Part shown: positions 16,129-25,963 of the stretch, one piece after another
Position numbering within the stretch: the stretch's first letter is position 1
How the letters are laid out: every line of letters starts with the position of its first letter
DNA from: Gammaproteobacteria bacterium
GTDB taxonomy: Bacteria; Pseudomonadota; Gammaproteobacteria; UBA6429; Thiohalophilaceae
Assembly (NCBI GenBank): GCA_024641445.1
Contig: JAHEDA010000001.1
Span: 1-33,823 of the forward strand
Reading direction: 5' to 3'
DNA: 33,823 bases
Notes under the pieces: generated by a model
What the model saw: only the letters and a program-made list of their open reading frames with translations
Database searches by the model: none
Told to the model about the DNA's origin: nothing
Translations under genes and position numbers: made by a program

Positions 16129-18021
16129 ATGTCAGAGCAAAGTATTATCCGTTTTTCCGATCTCGCCTTATCTGCGCCCATATTACAGGCGGTGGAAGAG
16201 GTGGGTTATGAGACCCCCTCACCCATTCAGGCCGAGAGTATCCCCCCATTATTGGAGGGGCGTGACCTGCTGGGCATGGCGCAGACCGGCACCGGCAAGA
16301 CGGCCGCCTTTGCCCTGCCCCTGCTGAGTCGTCTCGACCTCTCCAAGGCGCACCCACAGATCCTCGTGTTGACCCCTACGCGTGAGCTGGCCATTCAGGT
16401 GGCCGAGGCCATGCAGACCTATGCGCGTCACCTCAAGGGCTTTCATATCCTGCCGGTCTATGGTGGTCAGGGTATGGATGTGCAGTTGCGGCAATTGCGT
16501 CGTGGTGTGCACGTGGTGGTGGGCACGCCGGGTCGTGTGCAGGACCATCTGCGCCGTGGCACCTTGCAACTGAATCAACTCGCGGCCCTGGTACTGGACG
16601 AGGCCGATGAGATGTTGCGCATGGGCTTCATCGACGATGTGGAAGAGATCCTCAAACACACCCCGGCCGAAAAGCAGGTCGCGCTGTTCTCTGCCACCAT
16701 GCCCGATGTCATCCGCCGCGTGGCACGCACTCATTTACGCGAGCCCGTCGAGATCAAGATACTCTCCAAGACCACCACGGTGGCGGCCATTACCCAACGC
16801 TACTGGCAGGTGAGTGGTACACATAAGTTGGATGCACTCACCCGTATGCTGGAGGTGGAAGAATTTGACGGTATGCTCATCTTCGTCCGTACCAAGAACG
16901 CTACGGTGGAGTTGGCCGAAAAGCTGGAGGCCCGCGGTTACTCTGCGGCGGCGCTCAATGGTGATATGAATCAACAGCTGCGCGAGAAGACCGTCGATCG
17001 CCTGAAGAAGGGGTCGCTCGATATCGTAATCGCCACCGACGTGGCGGCGCGTGGTTTGGACGTAGAACGTATTAGTCACGTTATCAACTACGACATCCCC
17101 TATGACACCGAGGCCTATGTGCACCGTATCGGTCGCACCGGGCGCGCCGGGCGTAAGGGTGATGCCATCTTATTTGTGGCACCGCGTGAACGCCGCATGT
17201 TGGCGGCGATTGAGAAGGCCACCGGTCAGCGTATCGAGGCGATTCAATTGCCGAGCCAGGAGGCCATCGCCGACAAGCGCGTGATGCAATTCAAGCAGCT
17301 CATCTCTGATACGCTGGAGTCACAAGACCTGGTCTTTTTTGAAAATATCATTGAGACCTATCAGAGCGAACACAATGTAGGACAGGCGGAGATCGCCGCT
17401 GCACTGGCCTATCTGGTGCAGCGTGAACGCCCGCTGATCCCGGAGAAACCTGAGAAACCCGTACGTGAAGAGCGGCCACAGCTTGAACTCTCGCGGGGTC
17501 GCCCGGATCGTAGTGAGCGTCCCGCACGCGGTGAACGCCCACCACGATTTGAGCGTGATTCACGCCCGGAGCGCGCACCGCGTGAAGAGCGTGATCGCCC
17601 ACAAGAGGCGGGTATGGTGCGTTATCGCCTTGAGGTGGGTCGTGAGCATGGGGTGTTGCCCAAGAACATCGTTGGTGCGATCGCCAATGAGGGGGGTATT
17701 GATAGCGGCGATATCGGTCACATCAAGCTTTATGATGATTACAGTACCGTGGACCTGCCCGAGGGTATGCCCAAGGACATTTACGATCACCTGAAGAAGG
17801 TCTGGATCTGCAATCGCCAGCTCAATCTCCATCCCGTCGATGAGCCGTTGCCGGTCAAGCGTGAATTTAAAAAGCCGTTCAAGAAGGATGGTAAGCCTGG
17901 TCCGAAAAAGTCTGAGGCCAAGGTCTTTACGAAATCACGTGATGCCGGGATGGATAGTCCGAAACGCCGCTCCGACAAGCCGAAGACAGCCCATCGCAAA
18001 GGTCCGCGTCGTGAGGGCTAA
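16129..18021 (+). CDS. deaD: DEAD-box ATP-dependent RNA helicase DeaD/CsdA
   Basis: Q motif (F..L.L...IL.A....GYETPSPIQ), AQTGTGKT, PTRELA, DEAD (LDEADEML), SAT, HRIGRTGRAG. Also an R/E/P-rich linker, a DbpA-like RNA-binding domain and a Lys-rich tail. Start is at ATG 16129 (MSEQSIIRFSDL). The ORF-track start at 15985 adds 48 aa. Confidence 0.9.
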   Translation: MSEQSIIRFSDLALSAPILQAVEEVGYETPSPIQAESIPPLLEGRDLLGMAQTGTGKTAAFALPLLSRLDLSKAHPQILVLTPTRELAIQVAEAMQTYARHLKGFHILPVYGGQGMDVQLRQLRRGVHVVVGTPGRVQDHLRRGTLQLNQLAALVLDEADEMLRMGFIDDVEEILKHTPAEKQVALFSATMPDVIRRVARTHLREPVEIKILSKTTTVAAITQRYWQVSGTHKLDALTRMLEVEEFDGMLIFVRTKNATVELAEKLEARGYSAAALNGDMNQQLREKTVDRLKKGSLDIVIATDVAARGLDVERISHVINYDIPYDTEAYVHRIGRTGRAGRKGDAILFVAPRERRMLAAIEKATGQRIEAIQLPSQEAIADKRVMQFKQLISDTLESQDLVFFENIIETYQSEHNVGQAEIAAALAYLVQRERPLIPEKPEKPVREERPQLELSRGRPDRSERPARGERPPRFERDSRPERAPREERDRPQEAGMVRYRLEVGREHGVLPKNIVGAIANEGGIDSGDIGHIKLYDDYSTVDLPEGMPKDIYDHLKKVWICNRQLNLHPVDEPLPVKREFKKPFKKDGKPGPKKSEAKVFTKSRDAGMDSPKRRSDKPKTAHRKGPRREG

Positions 18022-18055
18022 TATCCCTGTAGGCTCGTGCATCCTGGGCTTAAAT

Positions 18056-20458
18056 TCAGGGTGTGCTGGCCTGTTGCTGGGTGATACTCAGAACCCTTGC
18101 GGCGGGTTTGCCGATGTAGAAGCCCTGCCCCAGGTCAACGTCCAGTTCCTTCAACAGATCCAGGGTGGCTTTGTCCTCGATGCACTCGGCCACGGTTTGA
18201 ATACCGAGCCCACGGGCGATAGTACAGATGGCCTTGACCATGAGCTGATCGGCCTTGTCACCGCTAAGGTGACGGATGAAGGAACCATCGATCTTGATGA
18301 AGTCGATCGGCAAGTTGCGGAGATAGTGCAACGATGAGAAGCCCACGCCAAAGTCATCCAGCGAGAAACGACAACCGATAGCCTTTAATTCCTCGACAAA
18401 TTGCCGCGCCTTGTTGATGTTGTCCATGGCTGCGGTCTCGGTAAGCTCGAAGATAATACCCGCCGTATTTGGTTGATATCGCCGTATGCACGTCTTGATG
18501 TGTTCCAGAAATAAACTGTCTCCCATGTTGACGCCAGATATGTTGATACCGTAGCCGATCTGTGGTGAGTGCTGTTGATTGGCTACCAATTGTTTGAGGG
18601 CGTTTTCGACCACCCACATATCGATCTCGCGGATGAGACCAAAGCGTTCCGCTGTCTCCAGAAATGCCCCTGGGGGGATGACCTCGCCCGTCTCGCTATC
18701 GATCATGCGAATGAGGGCCTCGTAGTGTTGAATCTCCTCTGTTTGGACGTCAATGATCGGTTGAAAGAACAGGCGGAAATGGTCTTCCTCTAAGGCCTTG
18801 CGGATGCGATCTTCCCACTGGATCTTATGCCGCATGAGCAAGATCTGTTGCTCACTGTCGTCATAGACGTTGTAGCCATTGCGCCCACGCCCCTTGGCGA
18901 CATACATGGCGGTATCGGCCTTGGCCAGCAGGTCATCGACGCTACTGCTATGGCGGGGGTAGATGGCGATACCGATACTGGCGCTGGTCTGTAATCTGAG
19001 GTCTTGTGCGAATTGTACGTGTTCGTTGAGCGCCTTGAGTATCTTGTGGGTAACGGTGAGTATCTCTTCCTCTGTTGCGCGCGGCAGGATGACACCAAAC
19101 TCATCGCCACCGAGACGCCCCAGTATATCGGTCTCACGGATGGTACTGGCGATACACTGTGAGATGGTAATGAGGTAGTTATCGCCGCCATGATGGCCAA
19201 GCGTATCGTTGATGTATTTGAATTGGTCAAGGTCGATAAAGAGTACGGCACCTTCATATCCATAGCGTTTGGTCATGGCCATCACGTGATCCAGTTCTTC
19301 CTGGAAGCGACGGCGATTGATCAGACCGGTGAGGGCATCGTGGTCGGCCAGATAGATAATGCGCTCCTCGGCCTTTTTCTCTTCGGTGATATCAAGGATG
19401 AGTCCACGGATGATGGGTTTTGTATCCTCTTCTTTTACCACCGTGTTGATACTACGGACCCAGAGATAGTGGCCGTTTTTGTGTCGCATGCGGTAATCGA
19501 GGGTATAGGAGGTCCCATTCACTACCGAGGTATTTTGCAGAATCTTTTTGAGACCTGCGATGTCATCGATGTGGGTATGTCTAAACCAGAATTCCTTTTC
19601 GCTCCACTCGCTAGCGGTGAACCCGAGCAATTGACTGGCCTCATTGCTGACATAGTTGAATTGGCCGGTCTCGGGATCGGCCTCCAGCACTACCGCATCG
19701 ACACCATCGAGTAGTGTTTGCAGGTGGGCGGTCTCGACCAGGAGTTGGTGATTTTTCTCGCGTAGCTCGGCATGGGCATGGTCAAGGGTAATGGCCATGT
19801 CGTTGAACTGGGTCGCTACATCAGTGAGCTCATCCGAGCCACTGACGTCGATCCGGTATTGCAGATTACCCATGGCCAGGGCCGTGGCCCCGGCCTGGAG
19901 TTTGGCCAGGCGCTTGGTCAGGTAGGTGGCAAACAGGACCGTCGCAATGATCGATGTGGCGAGCGCCAGGCCTGAAATCAGCAAGTCCTGATTGCGCGCC
20001 TCACCGGTGATGGCGTGGACATAGGCGAGTGAATAATCCACGTGCAGCTGTCCCAATAATTGCCCCGAGAGCATGATATCTTTGTTGAGGGTTACTGTTT
20101 GATCACCCAGTGAAGGGTGAAGGTGGTGATCGACCGGGTCGTTCCCAGAGTTTGATTCGATGAAGGAGTGATATTCCGCAAGGTGTGTGCCGGTGTAGTC
20201 GGCAACGGAGGCGTAGAGATAGCCCTCGTTCTTTCGCAACAGTGAGAGGGTATCTTTGATGAGGGCATTGTCCTGTGCCGCCAGTCCTGGCGCGAGGGCG
20301 TTAGCCAATAACTCAACCTCTTGATCCAGCCCACGTTCCATTAATACGGTATGGCTGTCCTCGATGATACGGGTGCTATTCCAGACCAACAGGGCCAGCA
20401 TGGCGGCCTCAATGGCGACAATGCCGAGGATCAGCTTGGTGGAGAGGCGTATGCGCAT
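18056..20458 (-). CDS. Membrane sensor with HAMP-PAS-GGDEF-EAL domains (c-di-GMP turnover)
   Basis: TM1 - periplasmic ~140 aa - TM2, then HAMP and PAS. GGDEF (RLGGDEFGV), EAL (YEALIRM) and DDFGVGFSS are present. Confidence 0.9.
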   Translation of the reverse strand: MRIRLSTKLILGIVAIEAAMLALLVWNSTRIIEDSHTVLMERGLDQEVELLANALAPGLAAQDNALIKDTLSLLRKNEGYLYASVADYTGTHLAEYHSFIESNSGNDPVDHHLHPSLGDQTVTLNKDIMLSGQLLGQLHVDYSLAYVHAITGEARNQDLLISGLALATSIIATVLFATYLTKRLAKLQAGATALAMGNLQYRIDVSGSDELTDVATQFNDMAITLDHAHAELREKNHQLLVETAHLQTLLDGVDAVVLEADPETGQFNYVSNEASQLLGFTASEWSEKEFWFRHTHIDDIAGLKKILQNTSVVNGTSYTLDYRMRHKNGHYLWVRSINTVVKEEDTKPIIRGLILDITEEKKAEERIIYLADHDALTGLINRRRFQEELDHVMAMTKRYGYEGAVLFIDLDQFKYINDTLGHHGGDNYLITISQCIASTIRETDILGRLGGDEFGVILPRATEEEILTVTHKILKALNEHVQFAQDLRLQTSASIGIAIYPRHSSSVDDLLAKADTAMYVAKGRGRNGYNVYDDSEQQILLMRHKIQWEDRIRKALEEDHFRLFFQPIIDVQTEEIQHYEALIRMIDSETGEVIPPGAFLETAERFGLIREIDMWVVENALKQLVANQQHSPQIGYGINISGVNMGDSLFLEHIKTCIRRYQPNTAGIIFELTETAAMDNINKARQFVEELKAIGCRFSLDDFGVGFSSLHYLRNLPIDFIKIDGSFIRHLSGDKADQLMVKAICTIARGLGIQTVAECIEDKATLDLLKELDVDLGQGFYIGKPAARVLSITQQQASTP

Positions 20459-20481
20459 TTGGATATTTCCGCGACCTGAGC

Positions 20482-21324
20482 CTATTTGCTGTAACGGCGC
20501 AGTGGCTCGTATTCACTGGCGCTGGAGGCGCGGTAACCCGGATAGGACATTTGCTGCAATGATGCCTTACCCTCAGAAGAATTTTGCATATGCAGCAGGG
20601 TTTCCTGTATCTCCCGTCGCAGTGACAGGGGCAGGTCTAGCGCCGCGAGTATGGACATGTTTGGTAGCTCCTTGCCCTGGGCAACTGCCCTGAGTGGCAG
20701 GTGGTTATGCATCGCCTTGATGTATTGGTTGCTGGCGATGATGGCGGCGTCGGCCTGTTTACCCAAGACCGCCTCGTAGGCGGCGTTGTGGGTCTTGTAG
20801 GGCTTGAATATTGGGCTGTCAGTTCCCGTCAGCCCTTGCTCTGCGATCAGGTCCCGCCCCAGCCTTGTCACCAGGGCGTTAGGGCCTGGGGTGGCGACAG
20901 TGTGTCGCTTCAGGTCGGGTAGGCCATTTATAACGCTGTCGGTACCCACCACAATTGTGGCGGCGAGGGGCTGTGCGAGGGTGGCCAAGACCTCGTATTT
21001 TTTCGAGTCGAGGGTTGCCGACACAAAGTGGGGGGCGGTCTCCAGCAGGTCATAGCGTCGGTCTATACTGCGTTTCAAAAACTCGGGAAAATCGCGTGCG
21101 GTCTCCAAAATCACCTTGCGATGCAGGTGTTGACTCAAATAGTCGCGCAGGGGGGCATAGTGTTTGAACTTGCTGACCGCACTCTCGGAGGGTAGCAGAC
21201 CTAATACCAAGGGCTTTTCTGCCTGGGTGTCGTTATCCACGGCCCTGGCGAGGGGGGCTGCCAGCAGGGACAGGCCAAAAATTAAAAGGTGTACCAAGCG
21301 TAACCGAAAAATAGTCTGTGTCAT
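20482..21324 (-). CDS. PhnD-family periplasmic substrate-binding protein
   Basis: Signal peptide (LLIFGLSLLAAPLARA). The LVLGLLPSES ... YAPLRDYL ... pattern is typical of phosphonate/PhnD-like SBPs. Its stop is 23 nt upstream of the sensor gene. Confidence 0.7.
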   Translation of the reverse strand: MTQTIFRLRLVHLLIFGLSLLAAPLARAVDNDTQAEKPLVLGLLPSESAVSKFKHYAPLRDYLSQHLHRKVILETARDFPEFLKRSIDRRYDLLETAPHFVSATLDSKKYEVLATLAQPLAATIVVGTDSVINGLPDLKRHTVATPGPNALVTRLGRDLIAEQGLTGTDSPIFKPYKTHNAAYEAVLGKQADAAIIASNQYIKAMHNHLPLRAVAQGKELPNMSILAALDLPLSLRREIQETLLHMQNSSEGKASLQQMSYPGYRASSASEYEPLRRYSK

Positions 21325-21456
21325 CGTTTTAATCCGTTGCTTACGGGGGGGGCAAATAACGTAGGGTCATTGACGCCCATATTGTCCCTATAGTTAGCGG
21401 TGAAAATCAGTATCAAGTTTAGCGTTTTTTCTGGCCTCGCCCATGGTCAGGGCCGG

Positions 21457-22686
21457 TTATTGCTCGGTCTGGTTGACGGCAAGGTGGATCACCGTGCTGT
21501 CGATGTCTCGCTCGGCAACGCCCAGACGGGTCAGCCATAGCAGCGCCAATAGAATAAGCGAGAGGGCGGGAATGGCACCGTAGTTCACCATGCGCCAGCC
21601 AAAATGCATTTGCAAGACACCTGAGGAGAGAGAGGCCATCGATGCCGTGGTGAAGACCATGAAGTCATTGATGGCCTGAGTCTTGGCGGCCTCGCCCTCA
21701 CCGTAGGTCTCGGTGAGCAGGGTGGTGGCGCCGATAAACAGGAAGTTCCAGCTAATACCCAGTAGCAACAGCGCCAGCCAGAAGTGAGTGAGGGTGGTCC
21801 CTGCGAGATTAATTCCCACGCAGGCAAATCCGAACACGACGCCGAGGCCAAGTACTGTCAACAGGCCGAGGCGGCGGATGAGGTGACCGGTAAAGAATGA
21901 GGGGACGAACATGCCAAGGACGTGCCATTGGATCACAAACGAGGTGTCGGGAAAGCTATGGGCATGGTGATGCATGGCCAGGGGGGTGGCGGTCATCACC
22001 AGGCTCATTACTGCGTACCCCAGCATGCCGCTGGTCACGGCGATGATGAAGCGCGGTTGACGCATGATGGTGAGAAGGGGGCGCCCCGTGGTCCCTTGCC
22101 TGACTTGAGTGATGATATGTCTGGGCAGTTTGAGTTGGGTCAAGAGCAGAAAGGCAAGCACATACAGGGTGATGACGGAGGCATAACTACCGGCAAAGAC
22201 CGCGTTACCGATGAGGTCGCGGGTCAACCTGGCGAGATTGGGGCCAACGATGGCGGCGACAATACCGCCTGCCAGGACATAAGAGATCGCACGGCCCTTA
22301 TCCTGCACCGGCACGATGTCGGCGGCAGTGAAACGATAGAAATTGCCAAACCCGTTGAAGATGCCGAGCAGGATGTTGCCAAGGATAAATAAGGGGAAGG
22401 AACCATGCAGGATCGCAAGCGTAGAGACGGCACCCGCACTCATACCTGAGAGGGTCGCCAGCAGGAAGCTGGGTTTGCGGCCTATACGGCTCATCAGCAT
22501 ACCCGCGGGCAGGCTGGTGAGCATGGTGGCGATGAGTTGTGTCGCCAGCGGCAGCGTGGCGAGTGCCTTGTTTTCTGCCAGGGCATATCCCACCAGGGCC
22601 GAGATGGTTACGCTCATGGACGAGCCGCTCATCATGATGGCCTGACAGATGGCTAACAAGGGAATATTGCGGCGGAAGTGATTCAA
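21457..22686 (-). CDS. MFS transporter
   Basis: 409 aa with about 12 hydrophobic helices. MFS loop 2-3 motif (LMSRIGRKPS). Confidence 0.8.
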   Translation of the reverse strand: MNHFRRNIPLLAICQAIMMSGSSMSVTISALVGYALAENKALATLPLATQLIATMLTSLPAGMLMSRIGRKPSFLLATLSGMSAGAVSTLAILHGSFPLFILGNILLGIFNGFGNFYRFTAADIVPVQDKGRAISYVLAGGIVAAIVGPNLARLTRDLIGNAVFAGSYASVITLYVLAFLLLTQLKLPRHIITQVRQGTTGRPLLTIMRQPRFIIAVTSGMLGYAVMSLVMTATPLAMHHHAHSFPDTSFVIQWHVLGMFVPSFFTGHLIRRLGLLTVLGLGVVFGFACVGINLAGTTLTHFWLALLLLGISWNFLFIGATTLLTETYGEGEAAKTQAINDFMVFTTASMASLSSGVLQMHFGWRMVNYGAIPALSLILLALLWLTRLGVAERDIDSTVIHLAVNQTEQ

Positions 22687-22814
22687 GCTGTTTTCCAGTG
22701 ATATATCGAATGCGGCGTATATCGCCGTGCGTAGTCTATCATCCAGCCCACGATTGAGGGCGGACTATCTTGCGAGTAAGCTTCAGCTACGCGCAGGCTA
22801 GCGGGGGTAATGCT

Positions 22815-23948
22815 ATGACATATTTAGTATTTGGTGCGGTCTTCTTATTGGTGATGGCCGCGGCAAACTTTTACATCTATCGCCGTTTCTTCCGGCGCGT
22901 AACGCCATCGTTTGGGCGCTATGCCATGGTGATCCCGGCGGTGCTGATGCTGGGTGAGGTATTCTTTATATTAGACGCGGCCTTCTCTCTGGTGCCGGAC
23001 TCACCCGCCGTGTACTTCATTACCAGCTCCTTTGTCGGGTTCACCTTTATGCTGTTCGTGGTCACAACGGTGTATGACCTGACCATCACGATTTCGGGCC
23101 ATGTCCCGTTTGATCAGTCGCGGCGACGGACTCTCAAGATCATCTTTGATGTCACGATGCTGATTGCGGCGGCGGCCTATCTCCTCCGCGGCCTATCTCA
23201 AGGCCTGCGTGACCCGGACCTCAATACCATCCGGGTGAAGATCAAGGACTTTCCGTTTGAACGCTTCACCATCATGCAACTGACGGATATCCATGTCGGC
23301 CGCACTATCAAGCGCGATTTCATCCAGCGTCTGGTGGATCGCACCAATGCGGTATCACCTGACATGGTAGTCATCACGGGTGACCTGGTAGATCTGCCCA
23401 TTGAGAAAATCAAACTCGACCTGTTACCCCTGCGGGAACTCAAGGCGAAGACCTATTTCATCCTTGGTAACCACGAATACTTTCACGGTGCCGAGGCGGC
23501 CCTGGCCTACATCCGTGAACTGGGTATTCAGCCGTTGTTGAATGAGAGCGTAGTGATCGAACACGAGGGCAGGCGCTTCAATCTGATCGGGATCAATGAC
23601 CTCATCGGTACCCGCATGGGAATTCTACCCCCCGATATTGATCGCGCCTTTTCCCAGGTAGATGAGCAGCATGCGTGTATCGTGTTGGCGCATCAACCCA
23701 AGACGATTCGTATGGTTGATACCAAACGCTGCGACCTGATGTTGAGCGGACACACCCACGGTGGACAGATATTCCCGTTTGGTTATCTGGTTATGATGGA
23801 CCAACCCTATCTCGCCGGCTTGTTTGAACACGCCCCGAATCGGCATATATTTGTCAGTCGTGGCACGGGTTACTGGGGCCCGCCGCTGCGCGTGCTCGCA
23901 CCCAGTGAGATTACGCAAATAGTCCTTTCACCTGCCACCGTAGTGTAG
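22815..23948 (+). CDS. Membrane-anchored metallophosphoesterase (YkuE/YaeI-like)
   Basis: About 4 N-terminal TM helices, then the calcineurin-like motifs LTDIHVG, TGDLVD, GNHEY and GHTHGGQ. ATG 22815 is preferred (GGGGGTAA upstream) over TTG 22770. Confidence 0.8.
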   Translation: MTYLVFGAVFLLVMAAANFYIYRRFFRRVTPSFGRYAMVIPAVLMLGEVFFILDAAFSLVPDSPAVYFITSSFVGFTFMLFVVTTVYDLTITISGHVPFDQSRRRTLKIIFDVTMLIAAAAYLLRGLSQGLRDPDLNTIRVKIKDFPFERFTIMQLTDIHVGRTIKRDFIQRLVDRTNAVSPDMVVITGDLVDLPIEKIKLDLLPLRELKAKTYFILGNHEYFHGAEAALAYIRELGIQPLLNESVVIEHEGRRFNLIGINDLIGTRMGILPPDIDRAFSQVDEQHACIVLAHQPKTIRMVDTKRCDLMLSGHTHGGQIFPFGYLVMMDQPYLAGLFEHAPNRHIFVSRGTGYWGPPLRVLAPSEITQIVLSPATVV

Positions 23949-23986
23949 CAAGGTATTCGCTAGTACCGATTGGATACCCACTGAAC

Positions 23987-24517
23987 ATGCCGGGTCCGCT
24001 GATGAGAGATAGTTATAAGCTTGTCGATTTTTGCGATCATGAATGCATCGCTCCATCGCTGTATGCACAATTCATACAGATGACCCCGGATGATTATTCC
24101 CGCCAGACACACCTTGTCGACGGGCGTTACGAAAACATCTACCTTGAAGAGAACCGGCTGCCAGTCATCGAACCCCTACTCGGGAGGGCACTAAGCGAGG
24201 CGGCGAAGATACTCGAAGTATCGGCAGGTGATTTGCAGATCGGCTTCTGGTTTAATCTCATGCAGCCTGGACACACAACCTCACTCCATAGTCATGATGA
24301 TGACGATGAGTTGTTATCGGGGGTGTATTATTTGCAAGTGCCGGAGGCATCGGGTGACCTAATCCTGCACACCTTGGCGCAGGTCGTCACGATAGTTCCG
24401 GTGGCGGGGCGTATGGTCTTTTTCTCCCCCAGGCTTTTACACGAGGTAACGCGGCACAATGGTGTGGGGCCAAGGGTATCGATAGCATTCAATATTGGCA
24501 GACGGCGAATAAGCTGA
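23987..24517 (+). CDS. Putative 2OG-Fe(II) oxygenase-like protein (PF13759-like)
   Basis: The pattern FWFNLMQPGHTTSLHSHDDDDELLSGVYYLQVP ... GRMVFFSPRLLHEV ... RVSIAFN matches the H-x-H/D ... H facial-triad layout of that family. Confidence 0.6.
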   Translation: MPGPLMRDSYKLVDFCDHECIAPSLYAQFIQMTPDDYSRQTHLVDGRYENIYLEENRLPVIEPLLGRALSEAAKILEVSAGDLQIGFWFNLMQPGHTTSLHSHDDDDELLSGVYYLQVPEASGDLILHTLAQVVTIVPVAGRMVFFSPRLLHEVTRHNGVGPRVSIAFNIGRRRIS

Positions 24518-24613
24518 ATAGCGTATAACGCTCGTTAGAGCAGATGCCTTGCAACACGACCTGCCGTGACTGCTAAACTACCTCTTTCAGCCTGGCCTTG
24601 GAGTGAAAGTAAA

Positions 24614-25219
24614 ATGCCCAGATTAGCGACTCTACTCCCTACCCTGATGTGTCTATGCCCCGCACTAGTGCTGGGACTTACTGATAGTCAGGGCATTGAT
24701 GAAGAGGCACGGCTGCCGTACTGGCAGGTCGACGACTCTGGTATGTCACTTCGCCTCATTCAACGTCTGCCAGACCAGACCCGAGGTTATTTCCTGGCGC
24801 GCAAGTTTGGCGCCAGCGATGCCAACACGATCGCTAATAGCTGTGTCTTTCAAACCGTGTTTCGCAATCTCTCAAGCGGTACCGAGGCTGGCCCATTGGA
24901 GTATGACTTGCGTGAATGGCGAGTACTCAGTGACGGGCATGAACAGAATCTGAAGTTGCGTGAAGACTGGGCCAAACAGTGGCAGCAGCAGAAGATTCCC
25001 AACCCGGCGCAGATCGCCTTTGAGTGGTCGCTGTTGCCGACCTGGCAGCGTTATAATCCGGGGGATTACAACTGGGGCATGACAACCTTTAATCTGCACC
25101 CCGGCAGTCGGTTTGACCTCACCATGACGTGGCGACAAGCGGGCCGGAAAAAATCGGCCACGATCCATGCGATTCAATGTGCGCCGGATATCCACCCAGA
25201 AAATACCCCAGGAGAATAA
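24614..25219 (+). CDS. Secreted protein of unknown function
   Basis: Signal peptide MPRLATLLPTLMCLCPALVLG, with GGAG upstream of ATG 24614. Two mature-region Cys (NSCVFQ, IQCAPD). The stop TAA overlaps the ATG of the next gene (TAATG at 25217-25221). Confidence 0.6.
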   Translation: MPRLATLLPTLMCLCPALVLGLTDSQGIDEEARLPYWQVDDSGMSLRLIQRLPDQTRGYFLARKFGASDANTIANSCVFQTVFRNLSSGTEAGPLEYDLREWRVLSDGHEQNLKLREDWAKQWQQQKIPNPAQIAFEWSLLPTWQRYNPGDYNWGMTTFNLHPGSRFDLTMTWRQAGRKKSATIHAIQCAPDIHPENTPGE

Positions 25220-25743
25220 TGATGTGCAGGTGTGCAAAGCTTTTGTTAATCGTTATTGGGTTGGGTCTCTCGACTACCTTCACATGGGCCGCAACACCAC
25301 AGACCTTGCCACCGGTGGCGAAGGTATTCGTGGCACCAGACTTCATGTTGCAAGGCGAAGATGACAAGACCTATCACCTGGCGGACTTTAAGGGCCGGGT
25401 GGTGGTGCTGAATTTTTGGGCCACCTGGTGTCCACCCTGTCGATACGAGATGCCCTCGATGGAGCGTGCCTGGAACAAACTCCAAGGCGAGGGTATAGAG
25501 ATCCTCGCCGTCAATGTGGGTGAGGGTGCCGATACGGTATTTGAATTTCTGGGCAGCTACCCGGTGAGCTTCCCATTGTTGTTGGATAAAGATGCCAACG
25601 TCATCAAGCGTTACCCGGTGACGGGTCTGCCCACGACATTCATCATCAGCCCGAAGGGAGTTGTTACGCACCGGACGATGGGTAGCCGCGAGTGGGATGC
25701 ACCAGAGTTACTGGAACAGCTCAGGGCGATGCGCGAGCATTAA
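25219..25743 (+). CDS. TlpA/ResA-family periplasmic thiol:disulfide oxidoreductase
   Basis: Signal anchor (KLLLIVIGLGLSTTFTWA). Thioredoxin motif FWATWCPPC and cis-Pro region (VTGLPTTFII). AGGAG lies 5 nt upstream of ATG 25219. The ORF-track start at 25129 overlaps the previous gene. Confidence 0.85.
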   Translation: MMCRCAKLLLIVIGLGLSTTFTWAATPQTLPPVAKVFVAPDFMLQGEDDKTYHLADFKGRVVVLNFWATWCPPCRYEMPSMERAWNKLQGEGIEILAVNVGEGADTVFEFLGSYPVSFPLLLDKDANVIKRYPVTGLPTTFIISPKGVVTHRTMGSREWDAPELLEQLRAMREH

Positions 25744-25963
25744 GATTTATTGCCAACATTTTGCGTGTATCCGCCGGTTTTACGACCAGATATTTTTATT
25801 TACAGTCTGAACTTTTGCCCCCCCTTTGCTACTCTAATCCCCGTTAATAATAATACGAGCTGTGTAGCGGCCATATTAGGCAGGTTACGGCCCGCTCAAT
25901 ATCAGGTTCAGCGTTGTATGTGGGATAGGTCAAGGTCTGGTCTAAACGAGGAAGCGAGTACAT

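Noticed and set aside
16249-16734. 161-aa ORF antisense to deaD, and similarly 29969-30655 antisense to rlmM and 13692-14066 antisense to yaiI
   Set aside because: The sense frames align collinearly with well-known proteins. Long antisense ORFs are common at this GC content.
17443-17610. Imperfect tandem-like repeats (GAGAAACC..., GAGCGT/CGTGAA units)
   Set aside because: They encode the R/E/P-rich low-complexity linker (EKPEKPVREERP...RGERPPRFERDSRPERAPREERDRPQE) typical of DeaD C-terminal regions. This is not an independent DNA repeat element.
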